Of a stretch of 64,000 nt of DNA, positions 59,966 through 64,000 are shown piece after piece. The DNA lies in the NCBI GenBank assembly GCA_029858565.1, contig JAOUEV010000003.1, forward strand, positions 64,001 to 128,000, read 5' to 3'. A model generated the notes under the pieces. That model made no database searches. It had not been told where the DNA came from and worked only from the letters and a program-made list of their open reading frames with translations. The stretch is from Nitrospirota bacterium (GTDB lineage Bacteria; Nitrospirota; UBA9217). Position numbers and translations under genes: made by a program. Position 1 is the stretch's first letter, and each line of letters opens with the position of its first letter.

Positions 59966-60957
59966 AGTTTGATTTCCCGGAGGAACTTGGATGCTTCCTC
60001 GGGAGGGGTGGGATTGATGTAGAAACCCGATCCCCATTCGAAGCCGGCAATGTTCGTCAGCTTCGGCATGAGCTCGATATGCCAATGATAGTAGTCGTTC
60101 ACTTCCTCGCGGAAGGGCGAGGTATGGATGACGAAGTTGTAGGGCGGGAAGGACAGGGCCTTGTCGATCCGGCGCAGCGTGTCCTGGAGCAGGAACGCCA
60201 GGTCGCGGAAGTCGTCCCTGGTGGAGCAGGCGTAGCAGGAAATGTGCTTCTTCGGCAGTATCCAGGTCTCAAAGGGGAACCGCGGCGCGTAAGGGGCCAG
60301 GGCCACGAACAGCGATGTTTCCGCGACCAGGCGGGTCCGCGACTGCAGTTCCTGGCGGATGATGTCGCAATAGATGCAGCGCTCCTTCAGGTCATAATGT
60401 TTTTTACAGCCGTCGATCTCCTCCTGCACCTGGATCGGCACGATGGGCAGGGCGATGAGCTGCGAATGGCTGTGCTCAAGCGTGGCCCCGGCGGCAAAAC
60501 CCTCGTTCTTGAAGATCAGCGTGTATTGGAAGCGTTTGTCCTTTTTCAGGTCCTCCATGCGCTCACGGAAGGCCCAGAGCACCTCTTCCACTGCCTTGCC
60601 GGTCATGGTCGCCAGAGTGGCGTTGTGATCGGGGTTCTCAATGAAGACCTCGTGGGCCCCGATGCCGTTCATCTTGTCGAAGATCCCCTCGCCCTGCTTG
60701 TTCAGGTCGCCTTCGATCTGGAGCGCAGGGAACTTGTTCGGCACCACCCTGAGACGCCAGCCCGCCTGGTTCGGCTGTCCGGCATCGCGGAAGGCGAGGA
60801 TCTCCTGAGGGGTCGTACGCTCGTTGCCCGCGCAAAAAGGACAGAACCCGCCGCGTTTCTTGGCACGCTGGTCCTGAAAATCCGCCGGCTTCTTGCCGCG
60901 GTCCGATGATATGATGACCCACCGTCCGGTGATGGGATCTTTCCGTAGTTCAGGCAT
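59962..60957 (-). CDS. galT: GalT-family nucleotidyltransferase
   Basis: ELRKDP, CPFC, NKFPAL, HSHSQ, CIYC, HWHIE. Confidence 0.88.
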   Translation of the reverse strand: MPELRKDPITGRWVIISSDRGKKPADFQDQRAKKRGGFCPFCAGNERTTPQEILAFRDAGQPNQAGWRLRVVPNKFPALQIEGDLNKQGEGIFDKMNGIGAHEVFIENPDHNATLATMTGKAVEEVLWAFRERMEDLKKDKRFQYTLIFKNEGFAAGATLEHSHSQLIALPIVPIQVQEEIDGCKKHYDLKERCIYCDIIRQELQSRTRLVAETSLFVALAPYAPRFPFETWILPKKHISCYACSTRDDFRDLAFLLQDTLRRIDKALSFPPYNFVIHTSPFREEVNDYYHWHIELMPKLTNIAGFEWGSGFYINPTPPEEASKFLREIKL

Positions 60958-61010
60958 GCTTGCTCCTCTCGCCGCGGTACCGATAGTAAGGACTGTTCAC
61001 GAATTCCCTA

Positions 61011-61039
61011 ATTATAACGTTCCCCTCCCGCCTTGTCAA
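61011..61039 (-). promoter_or_regulatory. Consensus sigma70 promoter of the galT-glgA operon
   Basis: TTGACA-17-TATAAT on the minus strand. Confidence 0.8.
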
Positions 61040-61207
61040 AACAACTTCGGAGAATCGACTTTGCTTTTCCCCTGTTTTGGGCTAAGATTGGTTCAGCTAG
61101 AGGGGTCGAAAGAAGCAGGATCGGACACGTGGATACCGCGCAACGGCCATGAACATTATGATATTTCACGGCCTTTTCATGGTCCTCAGTGTCGAATAAG
61201 GAAACGT

Positions 61208-61687
61208 ATGCGTTCCAGGAAGATCGAGCTTGTGTCCCGCACCATCGAGAAACTGCTCGCGGCCCGTGGGTGGTCATCGAGACTGAAAGAATATCGTGTC
61301 CTCGGCATCTGGGACCGATGCGTCGGCGCAAGCATTGCGGCGCATGCGCAGCCTGTCATGATCCGGGGAAAGAAGCTGACCGTGATCGTGGACAGTTCGG
61401 CGTGGATGCAGCAGATCTCCCTTCTCCGGCCGGAGATCATGGAGAAGTTGAACAGGAGCCTGGGGGAAGAGGCAGTGGAGAGCATTGCGCTCAAGCTCGG
61501 GGAAATGAAATCATCGGGATCCGGTAACGAAGGGCGGAAGATCGCACGGCGGAGCCTGAATGCCGAGGAACGCAAGCGGATCGAAGAATATGTTCAGGGG
61601 ATCGGGGATGAAGATGTCCGTGACCGGCTGAAACATCTCATTGAAAAGGACCTGGCCAGCAAGAAACCATCCTCTTCGCGCAACTGA
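61208..61687 (+). CDS. DUF721 (DciA-like) protein
   Basis: W...VG..IA.HAQP, L.V.VDSSAWMQQ pattern; AAGGA RBS. Confidence 0.8.
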   Translation: MRSRKIELVSRTIEKLLAARGWSSRLKEYRVLGIWDRCVGASIAAHAQPVMIRGKKLTVIVDSSAWMQQISLLRPEIMEKLNRSLGEEAVESIALKLGEMKSSGSGNEGRKIARRSLNAEERKRIEEYVQGIGDEDVRDRLKHLIEKDLASKKPSSSRN

Positions 61688-61694
61688 CCTTCAA

Positions 61695-62423
61695 TCATTT
61701 CATGTCGTAGATATCCTTCATCTCGCGAGAATATGCGCCACCCGGCTCATGTACCACCAAAGGCGGAAGCATTTCAACGCCTGTTCCGCCTTCTTTTACC
61801 GCTTCCAGAAGCACCAGTGCTGCGGGCTTGTCCTGATAAGGATGGACCAGCCTGGCGCGTTTTGGCTCAAGTCTCCTCTTCCGCATCAGGGCCATGAGTT
61901 CCGCCAGCCGGGACGCAGGAAAGACGATATTGTACCTTCCTCCCTGCTTCAGATGCTTCCCCAGGTCAAACCAGAACTCGATCCGTGCGAGCATATCCTG
62001 ACGGGAGATCTTCCGTCCAGTATCAGGACTGGAACGTCCTGTGCCGGACCGTAGGTACGGTGGATTGGTCACCAGTACGTCAACGTGGCCGAAGTCGACC
62101 GGCCGGGAAAGCCTGCGGATATCCCGGTGGAGGGGATCGACGTTCCCGAGCTCGTTGATCATGTAATTCCGTATGCAGAGAGAATGAAGATCATCCTGGA
62201 CCTCGACGGGAAAGAAGAAGGAGCGCGCGTGTTTTTTTGCAAGGAGCAGGGAAATGATCCCGGTGCCTGCTCCGGGTTCGAGCACGCGTTCCCCGGGCTT
62301 GACCCGGCAGAAATCAGCGAGCAGGATGCTGTCGAGCGTGAAACGGTGACCTGTGGAAGGTTGTGCAACGTGCACGATCCCGGCGCCCCGCATCGCGATG
62401 CTGTCCCGTGTGACGCTTTTCAC
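61695..62423 (-). CDS. tRNA1(Val) m6A37 methyltransferase-like
   Basis: DSILLADF, EPGAGTG, TNPPY. Confidence 0.85.
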   Translation of the reverse strand: MKSVTRDSIAMRGAGIVHVAQPSTGHRFTLDSILLADFCRVKPGERVLEPGAGTGIISLLLAKKHARSFFFPVEVQDDLHSLCIRNYMINELGNVDPLHRDIRRLSRPVDFGHVDVLVTNPPYLRSGTGRSSPDTGRKISRQDMLARIEFWFDLGKHLKQGGRYNIVFPASRLAELMALMRKRRLEPKRARLVHPYQDKPAALVLLEAVKEGGTGVEMLPPLVVHEPGGAYSREMKDIYDMK

Positions 62424-62809
62424 CGGCCCCGGTCCTGGAGCTCTGCAGGGATGCGCTTGATCTTGCCTGAAGGGTCCACGCAGACGAGCCGTGCTGTTGC
62501 TTCAGCGATGAGCCGCTCCGTTGCCTTGTCGGTCATGATGGTGGTGAAGAGGATGGAGGTGCGGGTCATTTCGGAGATCGAGGTCTTGACCACGATGGTC
62601 TCTCCGAGGCGGGCGGAGGAACGGTAGTCGATCTCGACACGGGCAACCACGAATACCGTGCCCTGGGCAGCAAGTTCGCTCACGATGAAGCCGTGGTCCG
62701 CGAGAAATTCGGTGCGGCCTCGCTCCATATATTTAAGGTAGTTGGCGTAGTAGACCACGTTGCCGCAGTCCGTGTCCTCGTAGTAGATCTTGACTTCGAT
62801 GGTATTCAT
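62420..62809 (-). CDS. YbgC/FadM family acyl-CoA thioesterase
   Basis: YYEDTD..VVYYANYL..MERGR. Confidence 0.9.
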   Translation of the reverse strand: MNTIEVKIYYEDTDCGNVVYYANYLKYMERGRTEFLADHGFIVSELAAQGTVFVVARVEIDYRSSARLGETIVVKTSISEMTRTSILFTTIMTDKATERLIAEATARLVCVDPSGKIKRIPAELQDRGR

Positions 62810-62972
62810 GGCTATTCATGCTCCCGGTGATTTGCTCTTGATTTGCTTTCAGCGTCGCGTGTGTTGCATATGGTTTTTCGTATGTATATGGGAAGCGTTG
62901 ATAAAGGTTACACCTACAAACCTGCAGTTTCTGCCTGATGAAACGATAAACAATTACGGATCGTAACTGACA

Positions 62973-63025
62973 TATGAACGCCGCCGTGAGGGACCGTCAG
63001 GTTCCTCTCGACGGCGTGGATGGAG
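62973..63025 (-). other. Degenerate attC-like site
   Basis: tatgAAC-gccgccgtgagggacc-gtca-ggttcctctcgacggcgtg-gatggag imperfect hairpin downstream of an AT-rich gene. Confidence 0.5.
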
Positions 63026-63084
63026 CTGGCTCTATTGCTTTGATCCACTATGGTTGTTGTGTATTAGATAACCGCACCATAAAG

Positions 63085-63669
63085 TCATGACCGCTTATCG
63101 CTTTTTTGGACAAGGCGCTCCATGTCTGATTTGAATTTCATTAGTTTCATAATTAGAGCATCTTCGGGATAATTTACAAAAAGAAAATAAACGAGAAATA
63201 TCCATATTGCAATTGGCAATTCAATCGTCCACATAGAATTCAGAACCGCAGATGCGGATATCGAATACATCAAATGGTGAATAAAAATTACCGGCAGCAG
63301 CAATAAAATGGCGTGAAGCGATGCAAAGATTCCCCCGATTACATAATTACTCACGTTTCTCAATCGCGCACGATACAGTATGGAGCGAGAGTATAAAAAA
63401 AGTACTGCGAGAAATGATCCGAACAGCAGTATCGGATTTTCATAGGGGCTGAGCCAATTCAAATCATGCGATATCTTCGCGAATAAGTGAGTGTAAAGCT
63501 GTACGGGGACTACGATACTCAAAACTAATTGACTCATAGAGACGATGGGATTTATGTAATTCCGATTATAAACACCCCACATCACGAAGAACACAGGGAA
63601 GTAAAACACACTCAGCATAAACGACAAACCCATAGCAACCGCAATAAGAATCATAGACAATTGCGACAT
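63085..63669 (-). CDS. Hypothetical membrane protein (probable gene cassette)
   Basis: AT-rich, several hydrophobic segments; GTTAGAG core site, then GGAG RBS, then ATG. Confidence 0.75.
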   Translation of the reverse strand: MSQLSMILIAVAMGLSFMLSVFYFPVFFVMWGVYNRNYINPIVSMSQLVLSIVVPVQLYTHLFAKISHDLNWLSPYENPILLFGSFLAVLFLYSRSILYRARLRNVSNYVIGGIFASLHAILLLLPVIFIHHLMYSISASAVLNSMWTIELPIAIWIFLVYFLFVNYPEDALIMKLMKFKSDMERLVQKSDKRS

Positions 63670-63680
63670 ACTATCTCCCT

Positions 63681-63736
63681 CTCTAACGCGGAGTTCACGC
63701 ACCGCGAAACGGTCCGCGTGGAACGACTCGCTAAAT
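63681..63736 (-). other. attC-like integron recombination site
   Basis: Minus strand ATTTAGC (overlapping the upstream stop) ... GTTAGAG; internal gttcacgc/gcgtggaac arms with an extrahelical base. Confidence 0.65.
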
Positions 63737-64000
63737 ATGTGATATACGTAGGGCCATTAGATTTTTCAAAGTTGTTTCGATCTTTTCAGTATCTAGTTCT
63801 GGTTGTGGTTTCTTGTCGAGAGCATAAACAACAGCCCTGCTGCCAGTAATTGCAGGTAATTTCCAACCATTAACACTCATTTCCTGGATATTTGATCGAC
63901 GGGAATTATCAGATAAGTAATGGATCGCTTCTTCTGGCATATTTGAGTAAATGTAATATTTATCGAAGTCATCGCCACGAACATAGATTCTTTTTGCAAA
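63731..64000 (-). CDS. Hypothetical protein, 5' end beyond the window (probable cassette)
   Basis: Frame stays open upstream of the 63940 ATG to the window edge; stop lies inside the attC-like end. Confidence 0.6.
   Translation of the reverse strand, partial: FAKRIYVRGDDFDKYYIYSNMPEEAIHYLSDNSRRSNIQEMSVNGWKLPAITGSRAVVYALDKKPQPELDTEKIETTLKNLMALRISHI

Overview
GC-rich (roughly 60% by eye) bacterial chromosome segment; gene content suggests an anaerobe-leaning Nitrospirota/Desulfobacterota-like organism (inference). The backbone is housekeeping and metabolic: recN, a 2-oxoacid:ferredoxin oxidoreductase delta/alpha pair, cysK, cysteine desulfurase, uppS-cdsA-dxr-rseP-ispG-proS, mdh-fumarase-apt, a group 3b-type NiFe hydrogenase operon, peptidoglycan-recycling genes, a Lon-like protease, ilvA, pcnB, rlmD and galT-glgA. 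AT-rich accessory DNA is interspersed: four toxin-antitoxin loci, an XcyI-like restriction-modification pair between REP-like repeats, and the end of a probable integron cassette array with two attC-like sites. Strongest leads: (1) an AT-rich Ser/Thr kinase + unknown 393-aa protein + PD-(D/E)XK nuclease module beside a Panacea TA pair (candidate defence system); (2) a NifU-like CxxU selenoprotein with a SECIS-like hairpin that the ORF track truncates; (3) dispersed, sometimes nested, 9-nt-period inverted-repeat elements in many intergenic gaps, one set bracketing a GxxExxY gene; (4) a 6S-like ncRNA and several apparently leaderless genes. No rRNA, tRNA or CRISPR array was seen. All family calls come from motif recognition by eye, not database searches.
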